Below are positions 63,928 through 64,000 of a stretch of DNA of 64,000 nucleotides, one piece after another. This stretch comes from Bryobacterales bacterium (lineage in GTDB: Bacteria; Acidobacteriota; Terriglobia; Bryobacterales; UBA6623): NCBI GenBank assembly GCA_965204095.1, contig OZ241991.1:2576290-2640289 (forward strand). The letters are read 5' to 3'. Position 1 is the stretch's first letter, and each line of letters starts with the position of its first letter. A program made the translations under genes and the position numbers. The notes below the pieces were generated by a model, which was given only the letters and a program-made list of their open reading frames with translations, was not told the origin of the DNA and did no database searches.

Positions 63928-64000
63928 TCAGGACAGGATGTCGGAAATCACCCGGATCGACTTGCCCTCGGCGCGGCGTTCGCTCGGACGGCGGCCGTCC
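63928..64000 (-). CDS. Possible 3' end of a gene continuing beyond the window
   Basis: The minus frame reads ..DGRRPSERRAEGKSIRVISDILS* with the stop at 63928-63930. It is too short to classify. Confidence 0.25.
   Translation of the reverse strand, partial: DGRRPSERRAEGKSIRVISDILS

Noticed and set aside
1-64000. tRNA, rRNA, tmRNA, RNase P or riboswitch candidates in intergenic regions.
   Set aside because: I saw no T-loop (GGTTCGAnTCC) or other signature motifs by eye. Intergenic regions are largely occupied by the repeat family. A covariance-model scan is needed for a definitive negative.

Overview
This is a 64-kb high-GC (roughly 60-65% by eye) chromosomal window from a diderm bacterium, as shown by lpxC, outer-membrane beta-barrel genes and an Slt-type transglycosylase. 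The gene content (many secreted/TPR hypotheticals, a TAT-signal TIM-barrel isomerase, a sulfatase, DUF3500- and DUF5916-like proteins, UPF0182) suggests a soil Acidobacteriota-like organism, but that is inference only. About 45 protein genes are credible and most are ordinary: eno, rnc, lpxC, pyrB, pyrC, a pyrE-like gene, fused E1 dehydrogenase, acyl-CoA ligase, Nramp, ROK glucokinase, sulfatase and SDRs. Four things stand out. (1) The left 17 kb is a minus-strand signalling/adhesion locus. In transcription order it holds a secreted protein, then twice a small exported ORF followed by a multi-PAS histidine kinase; the two kinases are paralogs sharing a near-identical 3' block. These are followed by a REC-PAS-sigma54 activator, repeated GTCGC-N5-GCGAC palindrome pairs, a near-consensus -24/-12 promoter, and a giant He_PIG/cadherin-like repeat protein with near-identical 819-bp tandem repeats. 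(2) Almost every intergenic region carries members of an abundant composite repeat family. One part is a ~180-bp MITE-like palindromic element (CCTGCATTTCTCACCAC...GTGGTGAGAAATGCAGG). The other is 7-nt-phased tandem arrays with TCACGAA, CTAAAAA and CTATCCA units. These repeats supply stop codons or termini to several genes and sit next to long duplications of gene 3' ends. (3) An accessory-looking patch at 17.4-23.6 kb holds a frameshifted OMP gene, a bactofilin, a single-polypeptide GAF-PAS-HK-REC-OmpR fusion and gene remnants. (4) Scattered remnants include a group II intron RT fragment, a nonsense-mutated MNT-type nucleotidyltransferase next to a DUF2283 gene, and an Avd-like four-helix-bundle gene nested between inverted heptamer arrays. 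I recognised no rRNA, tRNA or CRISPR array. All functional calls come from motif recognition by eye on the supplied translations and my own translations, not from database searches.
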